Source of the DNA: Candidatus Helarchaeota archaeon
GTDB lineage: Archaea > Asgardarchaeota > Lokiarchaeia > Helarchaeales > RDOG01
Direction: 5' to 3'
DNA length: 64,000 nt
Assembly (NCBI GenBank): GCA_019058315.1
Contig: JAHPZH010000006.1
Location: forward strand, 96,001-160,000
Within the stretch, counting starts at the first letter, position 1. Each line of letters begins with the position of its first letter. The notes below the pieces were generated by a model. That model was given only the letters and a program-made list of their open reading frames with translations, was not told where the DNA came from and made no database searches. Below, in pieces: positions 21,602 through 29,379 of the stretch. Both the position numbers and the translations under genes were made by a program.

Positions 21602-21964
21602 ATGTCGTATGATGATTTAGTTAACAATATTATGGCGCAAAATCCGTCAATTACGGCTATTGCTATCGAAAGTAACGGGGCAATCATTTATCAAACATCT
21701 AATTGGGATCTTTCGGGAGATATTTCATCGGTAATTGGTCTATGGAGCTCAAGTCAAGGTGGTGGATCACTCAATATTCAAGGAATTAAATATATTTGTT
21801 TAGAAGTAATCCCTGAACGTCTAATTGCTACAAATGTTCAAGGACAAGGACATATCGTAGCTTTTAAAGGAAATAGTGGGAATCGAATAATAACTTACGT
21901 AAGTCCCGATGGCGATGCACGAGGTGCTCTTGCAGTCTTAAACTCAATGGCTGCTTATATTTAA
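21602..21964 (+). CDS. Asgard-type profilin
   Basis: AIAI...G.IIYQTSNWD, LNIQGIKY, ERLIATNVQGQGHIV, ITYVSP pattern as in Loki profilins; about 120 aa. Confidence 0.85.
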   Translation: MSYDDLVNNIMAQNPSITAIAIESNGAIIYQTSNWDLSGDISSVIGLWSSSQGGGSLNIQGIKYICLEVIPERLIATNVQGQGHIVAFKGNSGNRIITYVSPDGDARGALAVLNSMAAYI

Positions 21965-22119
21965 TTTCAATTTTGTTATATTTTTTTATTTTCAACAAAT
22001 TATTTAATAAAAAAATTTATTCTTACAATTTTTAATAATTTAGAATTATTTAATTTGAAAATAATTATTTATATTTTAAGAACACAAGATAACATTAGTA
22101 AGTTTTTAGGTTGGAAATT

Positions 22120-23064
22120 ATGAGCACTGATAGTAAATTCGTGATTATGTTAGAAATTACTAGTGGAGTTAGTGAAAGACTTCTATTTAATATGGAAAGT
22201 CTGAAAGATGATAATATTGTAGCAATAATGGATGAGATCCATGATGTAATATGGTTATGGATGGGAAAAAACACAGGATTGGTTCAAAGAAGGGGATCTA
22301 TGCGTGCAGCAAGAAGTTTAAAGGCTTATGGTCATGAAATAAGCCCTTATATTGTTGGTAGAAAATTAAAAGATGTGTTAGATGTAAGAGGAGATTCTAT
22401 TGAATCTGATGCGGAACAAAAACAAAGATTTGAACAAGTTTTAAATCTTTTTAATACCGAACATAATTTAAAATTCGAAGGCGTTCTTGCTGAATATACA
22501 GGTATTGGTGCAGGAGCATCTAATATTAAATATGGACTTACAACTGAACAAAGAAGCGAATTAGTAAAAGCGGCTCTTGCTGCACCAACTGCAGGAGATG
22601 ATACCCGAAAAATTGAACAAATTGTTGGAGATTTTCGTCCGCCACCTCCACCAGAATCAAGTACTGCAAAGGTTATCCCTAAATATCAAGAAAATGTATC
22701 TTCTGTTCCAATAAAAACAGCCCCCAAACCAGTTTCACCAACCCCTGCGACCCCAACTAAGACAGTAACAATCCAACAAAGGGCCCCTATAGATGAAAAC
22801 GTTTTAGGTGAAATTAAAGGGTCAATTTTAATAAATGCGATTTTAAGTAAATTTAATGAACTTTTTGTAGGAGTCTCAAAAAGTCCTGATGGTTCAAAAA
22901 CCTATAGCATAGAGGGTCCTAATGGTGAGACTTGTAAATTTAACATAAAAGGGTCTAATTTAAGTTTTTTGCCAGGATCTTGGGAGAAAATTGCTCCTAA
23001 TATAAAACAAGAGATTCAAAAACTGTTTTTAGATCGTGTACAATTACTAATTAAAAATAATTAA
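22120..23064 (+). CDS. Gelsolin-like domain protein with Pro-rich linker and small C-terminal domain
   Basis: VAIMDEIHDVIWLWMGKNTGLVQRR..MRAARSL resembles the gelsolin-repeat core; RPPPPPES linker. Confidence 0.7.
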   Translation: MSTDSKFVIMLEITSGVSERLLFNMESLKDDNIVAIMDEIHDVIWLWMGKNTGLVQRRGSMRAARSLKAYGHEISPYIVGRKLKDVLDVRGDSIESDAEQKQRFEQVLNLFNTEHNLKFEGVLAEYTGIGAGASNIKYGLTTEQRSELVKAALAAPTAGDDTRKIEQIVGDFRPPPPPESSTAKVIPKYQENVSSVPIKTAPKPVSPTPATPTKTVTIQQRAPIDENVLGEIKGSILINAILSKFNELFVGVSKSPDGSKTYSIEGPNGETCKFNIKGSNLSFLPGSWEKIAPNIKQEIQKLFLDRVQLLIKNN

Positions 23065-23065
23065 A

Positions 23066-24850
23066 TTATTTTTTATTTTGATTTTGATACATTTGAATTA
23101 ATTCATTTGTGGTTGTAGCATCTTCTGGATTTTTATCATATCTTATTTGTAAAAACCTTGGAAATCGAATAGATAAGCCTGAATTTTCTCTAAATTCTCC
23201 AAATGCTGCTGAATATGTAGGTGAAAGAGTTATTTCATCTCCCTTAATCTCAATTACGATATTAGGAGAAAAAAGCACATCAGGTTTTATTTCACTTGGT
23301 AATTCTACCCGAGGATCTTTTTCCTGAATTTTGAACGGATCTAGGAGTTCCATAAAAGTTTTTAAGACCTCTTCAGTAAAACCAGATGCAATTTTACAAG
23401 TTGTTTTAAATAAATCTGTATCTTTATCATAAATTGCTCCAAATAAGGCTCCATAGAGCCCAGCCCATTTCCCACGTCCCATATTCCCCCCAACGACAAC
23501 TAAATCAATTGAATCTCCTAGATTTTCTTGATATGAATGTTTAAATTTTATCCACAAAAAGCCTCTTGCGCCTGCTTTGTAAATCGAATCTTTTTGTATT
23601 GATTTTGCTATAACTCCCTCACAACCATCTTTAATTGATTTATCAAAAAACTCATGAAATGGGCTTGGAGAATCTACTATCAAGCTTTTAGCAGTAGATA
23701 TACCATTGTTTTTTATCAATTTTTCTAAATTCTTTCTTCTTTCCAAATATGATTCGTTTAAAAAGCTTTTTCCATTCAAAAATAATAAATCAAAAACGAA
23801 TAATTTGACTTGATATTGCTCTTTGGCTTTATCAACATCATATTTTCTACGTCGATGCATTAATTCTTGAAATGGTTTAAACTTATTATTTGCTATATCA
23901 TAAGCTACACATTCGCCCTCAATTATTAATTGATTAACATCGATGTCTTGGATATATTCTCGAACATCAGGAAATTGTTCAGTTAATTTTTCGAGGTTTC
24001 TAGAATATAATACAATTTTTTCACCATCTTTATGAGCTTGTATTCGTATTCCATCATATTTATATTCCAGAGCACATTTCCCCCCCAATTTCTCTAAAAT
24101 TTCTTCAGGTGTTGCCAATCTCTGTGCTAACATCATCCTAATAGGAGTTCCAATTTGGATTTTAATATTTTTAATAGCTAAAATACCCTTTTCCGCCAAT
24201 TCTTTTGCTATATACCCTAAATCACAACGAACATTGTAAGCATTTTCAATTATTTCTTTGTTTGCTTTTTCATCTGTGAAAGCAATAGCTAATGCTTCAA
24301 TCATAGTCATTTCGGCAATTCCAACCCTAAGTTTTCCTTCTATTGTTCTAATTATCCATTTAGCTTCCTTAGGAGAAGCATTACTAAGTAATGAAGCAAG
24401 AGACTTCATTTTACGTTCTTGAGACCCTGCTCCAGAATAGGTTCTCATGTTTTCAAATGTTGAATAAACTTGAGATATTGTTAATGGTTTTGGTTTAATA
24501 AGTGTCATTTGTTTTTTTCCTTTTAATGTCCCAACATAGGATCCTAAGTCAATTGCTTTTTTTTCAGATGATAATCCACTTATTTTTTTTATTTGCCTTT
24601 CAATTTTTTTTACAGGAACCCCAAAAGATGTCGATATAGTTTTTATTGCCAATTTTTCGGCCATGCCTATCTCTGGTTTTCCAATCCAACTCGGTTCTCC
24701 TAATGTTAAATAAATAATTATATCAATTAGTTCAGTTGGAGTTATTTTTATTAAATCAACTAAATGGTCTATCATTTCTAACCTTTTAGTCGTATTTTCT
24801 AATTTTTCATATGTAGACACTAAGTCAAGGTATTTCATAAAAACACGCAA
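23066..24850 (-). CDS. lig: ATP-dependent DNA ligase
   Basis: EYKYDGIR, EGECV, FDLL, EGVIAK, WIKFK, SIRFPRF. Confidence 0.97.
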   Translation of the reverse strand: MRVFMKYLDLVSTYEKLENTTKRLEMIDHLVDLIKITPTELIDIIIYLTLGEPSWIGKPEIGMAEKLAIKTISTSFGVPVKKIERQIKKISGLSSEKKAIDLGSYVGTLKGKKQMTLIKPKPLTISQVYSTFENMRTYSGAGSQERKMKSLASLLSNASPKEAKWIIRTIEGKLRVGIAEMTMIEALAIAFTDEKANKEIIENAYNVRCDLGYIAKELAEKGILAIKNIKIQIGTPIRMMLAQRLATPEEILEKLGGKCALEYKYDGIRIQAHKDGEKIVLYSRNLEKLTEQFPDVREYIQDIDVNQLIIEGECVAYDIANNKFKPFQELMHRRRKYDVDKAKEQYQVKLFVFDLLFLNGKSFLNESYLERRKNLEKLIKNNGISTAKSLIVDSPSPFHEFFDKSIKDGCEGVIAKSIQKDSIYKAGARGFLWIKFKHSYQENLGDSIDLVVVGGNMGRGKWAGLYGALFGAIYDKDTDLFKTTCKIASGFTEEVLKTFMELLDPFKIQEKDPRVELPSEIKPDVLFSPNIVIEIKGDEITLSPTYSAAFGEFRENSGLSIRFPRFLQIRYDKNPEDATTTNELIQMYQNQNKK

Positions 24851-24852
24851 AA

Positions 24853-26115
24853 TTATTTATCTTGAAAGAAAAGACTTTGAATTTCTTTTAATGCAATTTT
24901 TTCGATAATTCTAGCAGAATAATTAGTATTTTTTGCTACATTTATAAGGTCATCAAATTCGGGTTTTATTTGAATAATTTCTCCATTATTGTTTTTTACT
25001 ATTTTTATTTTTATTTTCCATTTTTTATTATCTATATCAATTTTGATCTCTTTAATTTCTCGATTAAGAATAAATCTTTTACAAGGATAAACACGAACTC
25101 CTAAAGTTCCTGTTTCATTCATCAATATTTTTATTAACTCTTCTTGATTTATTGAATTCGTAATAACTTTTATAATATGTCCTGGGCGATTTTTTTTAGT
25201 AATCATAGGAATTATACTTACATCCTTAGCATTACCTTCATCAATTAATTTTTTAATTGTATGACCAAGAATTTCACCTGAAACATCATCTATATTAGTT
25301 TCTAATACAATAATTTCATCAGTATCTGAAAATATTTCTTTTTGATAACCAGTTATAACCCTCATTATATTTGGAATATTGGAAAAGGTTTTTGAGCCAG
25401 CTCCATAACCTATAGATTTTATCTTCATATTAGGAAAGCTTGAAATTGATTTTATTTTTAAACTTGCTATAATTGCAGCTCCAGTAGGTGTAGTCAATTC
25501 TTCATTAATATCCCCACCAGTGATTTCAATATTATTTGAAGAAAGAATTTCTAATGTAGCAGGTGCGGGAGCTGATATTATACCATGAGAAAATTTAATC
25601 TTTCCACTACCAACTGCAACAGGTAATACAAACCAAGTTACATTATTAAATAAATTTAAGCTTTCCAATGCTGTCGCTGATCCAATAGAATCAATTAATG
25701 TATCAGCTGAACCTGTTTCATGCAAATGTACTTTCTCTATAGTAGTATTATGTACTTTAGCTTCAGTTTTTATCAAAGTCTTAACTATTGATAATGCATA
25801 TTGTTTGGCCATATCTGTTAATTTTAAATTGTTTAAACATTTTTCAGTAATTTTAATTAATTCAATTCCAGTTCGATGATATTTTTTTTCTGAAAATTTT
25901 ATTTGAATTCTTTTTGCATGAAATTGCTCTATTTTATTATTATTTAAAGATAGAGAAATATCTGAAACTCCTTCTAAATAGTCTGGTATAATTGATATAT
26001 TATTCTGGATGGATTTAATATTGACCCCAAGATCTATTAAAGCACTTAGAAATTTATCTCCTGATATTCCCGTAGTTTGACAGTCGATAATAGCGATATT
26101 TGGATTAGTCATCAA
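24853..26115 (-). CDS. larC: Nickel pincer cofactor nickel insertase LarC
   Basis: DC..GISGD, VHLHE.G..D, PAPATLE, ELTTPTGAA, LETNIDD, KKNRPG, ETGTLGVR, KPEFDD. Confidence 0.93.
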   Translation of the reverse strand: MMTNPNIAIIDCQTTGISGDKFLSALIDLGVNIKSIQNNISIIPDYLEGVSDISLSLNNNKIEQFHAKRIQIKFSEKKYHRTGIELIKITEKCLNNLKLTDMAKQYALSIVKTLIKTEAKVHNTTIEKVHLHETGSADTLIDSIGSATALESLNLFNNVTWFVLPVAVGSGKIKFSHGIISAPAPATLEILSSNNIEITGGDINEELTTPTGAAIIASLKIKSISSFPNMKIKSIGYGAGSKTFSNIPNIMRVITGYQKEIFSDTDEIIVLETNIDDVSGEILGHTIKKLIDEGNAKDVSIIPMITKKNRPGHIIKVITNSINQEELIKILMNETGTLGVRVYPCKRFILNREIKEIKIDIDNKKWKIKIKIVKNNNGEIIQIKPEFDDLINVAKNTNYSARIIEKIALKEIQSLFFQDK

Positions 26116-26125
26116 TATGAATCAC

Positions 26126-26938
26126 TTATTTATCTTTTAATTTATTTCTAAATGAAGCTACACGATTTGCAATTTTTGCTGCCATAACTCCTGCTCCAAA
26201 TCCATTATCTATATTAACTACTGCAATTGGAGAACAAGAACTTAGCATTGAATTTAATGCACTAAACCCTTTCTCACTAACACCATAACCTATAGAAGTA
26301 GGAACTCCTATTACTGGAACATCTATAAGGGAGGAAACAACACCTGCTAATAAACCTTCAAAACCCGCACAAACCACAACAACATCTACTTCTGCATCAA
26401 TTAATTTCCTTAAAGGTGGAAAAATTCTATGTAAACCAGCAATACCTACATCATATGAAGTAAATGTTGAACATCCCATAGACTTACAAATAATTTTAAT
26501 TTCTTCAGCAATGGGAATATCTGAAGTACCAGCGGTAATTATCCCAATTTTACCTCCTTTATCTTCAATTTGATATCCCTTTTTCTTTACTACTATTAAT
26601 TTCGCTAATTCATGTACTTCAATTTCTAAGTCTTTTGGTAAAATATTTTGGATTTCAATAGTATGTTCATTTGAAATTTTTGTCATTATAGAGAGATTTT
26701 TAGTTTGGGCAATTTTTATTGCAATTTGAGCTGCTTGTTTTGGATTTTTGCTTGCACTATAAACTATTTCTGGTATTCCAGTTCTAAGTTCCCTTTCCAT
26801 ATCTATATTAACAAAATCTTCTATACTAATTATTCTATTTGCTTTTAATAATCTTTCAGCCTCATCAATTGAGATTTTCCCATTTTTAAAATCTTCTAAA
26901 ATTTCTCTCGAAGTCTTCATTGTTCTTATTTTCTCCAT
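26126..26938 (-). CDS. larB: Nickel pincer cofactor biosynthesis protein LarB
   Basis: RTGIPEIVY, TAGTSDIPIAEE, DVGIAGLHR, VPTSIGYG, VVNIDNGFGA. Confidence 0.93.
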   Translation of the reverse strand: MEKIRTMKTSREILEDFKNGKISIDEAERLLKANRIISIEDFVNIDMERELRTGIPEIVYSASKNPKQAAQIAIKIAQTKNLSIMTKISNEHTIEIQNILPKDLEIEVHELAKLIVVKKKGYQIEDKGGKIGIITAGTSDIPIAEEIKIICKSMGCSTFTSYDVGIAGLHRIFPPLRKLIDAEVDVVVVCAGFEGLLAGVVSSLIDVPVIGVPTSIGYGVSEKGFSALNSMLSSCSPIAVVNIDNGFGAGVMAAKIANRVASFRNKLKDK

Positions 26939-27077
26939 TTTTAAGTTTTAATTGTTATAAAATCTCAAATAAATTTCTTATTTAATACTTTAGAAGTAAA
27001 TTAAAATAATAAATTTCTAATTTTGTTTATATTAATTGAGCGTAGATTTTCGCATTATGTTATTAAATATTTAAATT

Positions 27078-27536
27078 CTAGTGATTATGTTTATGTTTAA
27101 AAACTCTTTTTTTCTCTTCTGATAATAATGGCATAAAAATCTTTTTAATGGATTTTATTTCTGGTCGTTTTTCTAATTCTTCACTCAAAGTGTCTATTGA
27201 TTGTCCTTGCCCTCGAACAGCCATAACCAACATACAGTTTTCTCCGTCTAAATGGATATGTAAAGTTGCATCTATTACATCATAATATTGATGTTGAATT
27301 TCGGTTAATTCATCCATAACTCCAGGTCTTTCTTCATGATTTAATATACAAGTGATTGAACCAGCTTTTAAATTTCCTCCTTCTGCCAATTCTACACTTT
27401 TTTCCTCTATATAATCCCTCATAATCTTTCTAATTGTGTCTGATCTCGACATGTCCTTTTTTTTAATTATTTCATCAAACTCATTTAACAAAGTTTCTGG
27501 TAAAGAAACCGTAAATCGTTGATATTTTTTTTTCAA
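27078..27536 (-). CDS. nikR: Nickel-responsive regulator NikR
   Basis: RHH domain RFTVSLP...SRS..IR; HIHL...C metal site; C-terminal HKHNH. Confidence 0.9.
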   Translation of the reverse strand: MKKKYQRFTVSLPETLLNEFDEIIKKKDMSRSDTIRKIMRDYIEEKSVELAEGGNLKAGSITCILNHEERPGVMDELTEIQHQYYDVIDATLHIHLDGENCMLVMAVRGQGQSIDTLSEELEKRPEIKSIKKIFMPLLSEEKKRVFKHKHNH

Positions 27537-27579
27537 ATCATTTTCCTCCCAAATTGTTCAAATTTTTTAATAAAATAAA

Positions 27580-28302
27580 TTATTTCAAGCATAATACCGC
27601 AACAGGTGTGGATGCTTTTCTCCATTGTGCCATCTTTGAATCTGGGTCATAAGACATGGATATTTCTTTTCTTCCATGATTTCCTACTATCATTATAAGA
27701 GAATTTGGTGCTGCTTGTTTATACATACTCAACATCCACTTATCTGTCCTATGGATTAATCTTTTAATTAAGTTCTCAGGAGGACCACGTTTATAAATTG
27801 GATTTTGATATAAATTTTCGAAATCTAGGAAATGTATCCATTGAAAATCAAATCTATTCAAATATTTGGAAGCAGATACCCACGTATTTGTATCCATCTT
27901 AGTGGGAATAACTTTTGATGTTCCTGCATAAGTTATAAGATCTTCTTGTCTACCAATCATTAGAGTTGTTTTGGAATTTTGATTTAAATATGACATAAGA
28001 TTAAAATCTTTATTTTGAAGATCTCCATGAAAAATTTGGTGTAAAACCTCATTAGCAAGAGGTTGCTCAGTTTCTAATAATATTAAAGCTTTAGATTGAC
28101 TTATGACAAATTCGGGTTTGTGAACCACAATCTCAAATAATCCAAAGTTATCTAACATTATCAAAATAATACGTTCTATTGGGGGAGTCTTCATTTGAAT
28201 GGGTTCAGGTAAATTATTTGGAATTGTGATGCCAAATAAGTGTAAAATAGTTGAAGTTAGTGCTGGCATTGGTGCATTAATTGATGGTAAATCATCACTC
28301 AA
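27580..28302 (-). CDS. Small, divergent alkaline-phosphatase-superfamily-like protein
   Basis: RIILIMLDNFGL and IMIVGNHG resemble the AP core motifs (LDG, DHG); only 240 aa. Confidence 0.5.
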   Translation of the reverse strand: MSDDLPSINAPMPALTSTILHLFGITIPNNLPEPIQMKTPPIERIILIMLDNFGLFEIVVHKPEFVISQSKALILLETEQPLANEVLHQIFHGDLQNKDFNLMSYLNQNSKTTLMIGRQEDLITYAGTSKVIPTKMDTNTWVSASKYLNRFDFQWIHFLDFENLYQNPIYKRGPPENLIKRLIHRTDKWMLSMYKQAAPNSLIMIVGNHGRKEISMSYDPDSKMAQWRKASTPVAVLCLK

Positions 28303-28465
28303 GATTAAATCAAACCCTTTTAATCTTTCTTTATTAACTATATTTTGAGATTATTTGTTCCTTATTTATTTTTTTAAAAATATATTTTTTGTGTAATAAG
28401 AAAAAAAAGATATTTTAAAGTATTAAGCAAAATAATACAGAATAATCATATTTTAATGAGTAAAA

Positions 28466-28591
28466 TGGAGCCTCAGCCGGGGAACGATCCCGGGACCTTT
28501 GCCTTTCTGGCAGATATTATTACCAGGGCAACGCTTTACCGTTGAAATTTTCAGATCGGCATGATTTTTCTACCAACTGAGCTACTGAGGC
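28466..28591 (-). tRNA. tRNA-Thr(GGT); introns at 22/23 (28536-28569, probably two tandem introns) and 37/38 (28505-28520); CCA encoded
   Basis: Spliced: GCCTCAG TA GCTC AGTTGGTA GAGC G TTGCC CTGGTAA GGCAA AGGTC CCGGG ATCGTTC CCCGG CTGAGGC TCCA; anticodon BHB helix CTGG/CCAG. Confidence 0.9.
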
Positions 28592-28601
28592 GTAAATTTA
28601 A

Positions 28602-28758
28602 TGGTGCGGGGGATGGGAGTTTCACCAAAATATATAATATTTCGGATTCGAACCCATGAACTCCTACGAGACAGGATCTTAAGTCCTGCGCCGTTCGGCA
28701 CGTTTGTATGACCCCATACAAGTTGTCTCTTTTGTTTTACCAGCTTGGCTACCCCCGC
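28602..28758 (-). tRNA. tRNA-Leu(TAA); introns at ~21/22 (28694-28736, 43 nt) and 59/60 (28619-28646, 28 nt); CCA encoded
   Basis: Acceptor GCGGGGG/CCCCCGC, anticodon arm CAGGA CTTAAGA TCCTG, long variable arm; BHB helices TGGT/GCCG and TTCG/TGAA. Confidence 0.92.
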
Positions 28759-28868
28759 AAGGGTATTTTATAATATTTATTTTTAGTTTACAAACTATAT
28801 TCTTTTCTAAATTGATTACTCAATATAATTTTTAATGAGATTTTCATATTTAAGATTTAGAATTAAAG

Positions 28869-29067
28869 TGCCGAAGGAGGGCTTTCCGTCCAAATTCTAG
28901 TAGCTATTTGGTTTCGGACCCTCGATCTCCGGAATACGCGTTTATGGAGCTAAATCCGATAACTTTATGAGTCCGGCGCGTATTCTTCTTGATCATAATA
29001 GATCAAGATTTCTAACCAGGTTTCTCTCCAAGAAAGCTGAGCTTTCCGGGACCTAAGCTACTTCGGC
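28869..29067 (-). tRNA. tRNA-Met(CAT), elongator type; four introns at 15/16 (29021-29052), 23/24 (28980-29010), 38/39 or 37/38 (~28934-28964) and 59/60 (28883-28912)
   Basis: Removing 32+31+31+30 nt gives a 75-nt cloverleaf GCCGAAG TA GCTT AGCCTGGTTA GAGC G CCGGA CTCATAA TCCGG AGATC GAGGG TCCGAAG CCCTC CTTCGGC A. Confidence 0.85.
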
Positions 29068-29174
29068 TATGTTAATTCTTACAAGCTTTATTAAAATAAC
29101 CTTAGTTTATAGAGTTTACTATTATTTATATTAAACCTTTTTCTTAAAGAAATGAGTAAAACTAATTAAATGAA

Positions 29175-29250
29175 TGGAGCCTCTGGGGGGATTCGAACCC
29201 CCGACCATTGGCTTACAAGGCCAGCGCTCTACCAACTGAGCCACAGAGGC
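29175..29250 (-). tRNA. tRNA-Thr(TGT), intronless, CCA encoded
   Basis: GCCTCTG...TGGC CTTGTAA GCCA...GGGGG TTCGAAT CCCCC CAGAGGC TCCA. Confidence 0.96.
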
Positions 29251-29265
29251 ATTATTTAGATGATA

Positions 29266-29374
29266 TGGTGGGAAAGGTGAGATTTGAACTCACGATCCCG
29301 TGGTTTCTTTTTGATCCTTTACAATTTTCGGATATCCCAAGCCACGAATCATAGCCAAGCTAGACCACTTTCCC
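29266..29374 (-). tRNA. tRNA-Pro(TGG); canonical 37/38 intron (29305-29335, 31 nt); CCA encoded
   Basis: GGGAAAG/CTTTCCC acceptor, CGTGG CTTGGG|A CCACG anticodon arm, GTGAG TTCAAAT CTCAC T arm. Confidence 0.92.
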
Positions 29375-29379
29375 ATATT

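Noticed and set aside
28694-28736. Nested intron inside the Leu D-loop intron (TTGTATG/CATACAA hairpin)
   Set aside because: No second 4-bp helix with 3-nt bulges was found; a single BHB explains it.
28869-29067. Initiator Met or Ile2 identity for the CAT tRNA
   Set aside because: G1-C72, no three consecutive G-C anticodon pairs, and a GCCG- start with a CCGGA/TCCGG stem fit elongator Met.
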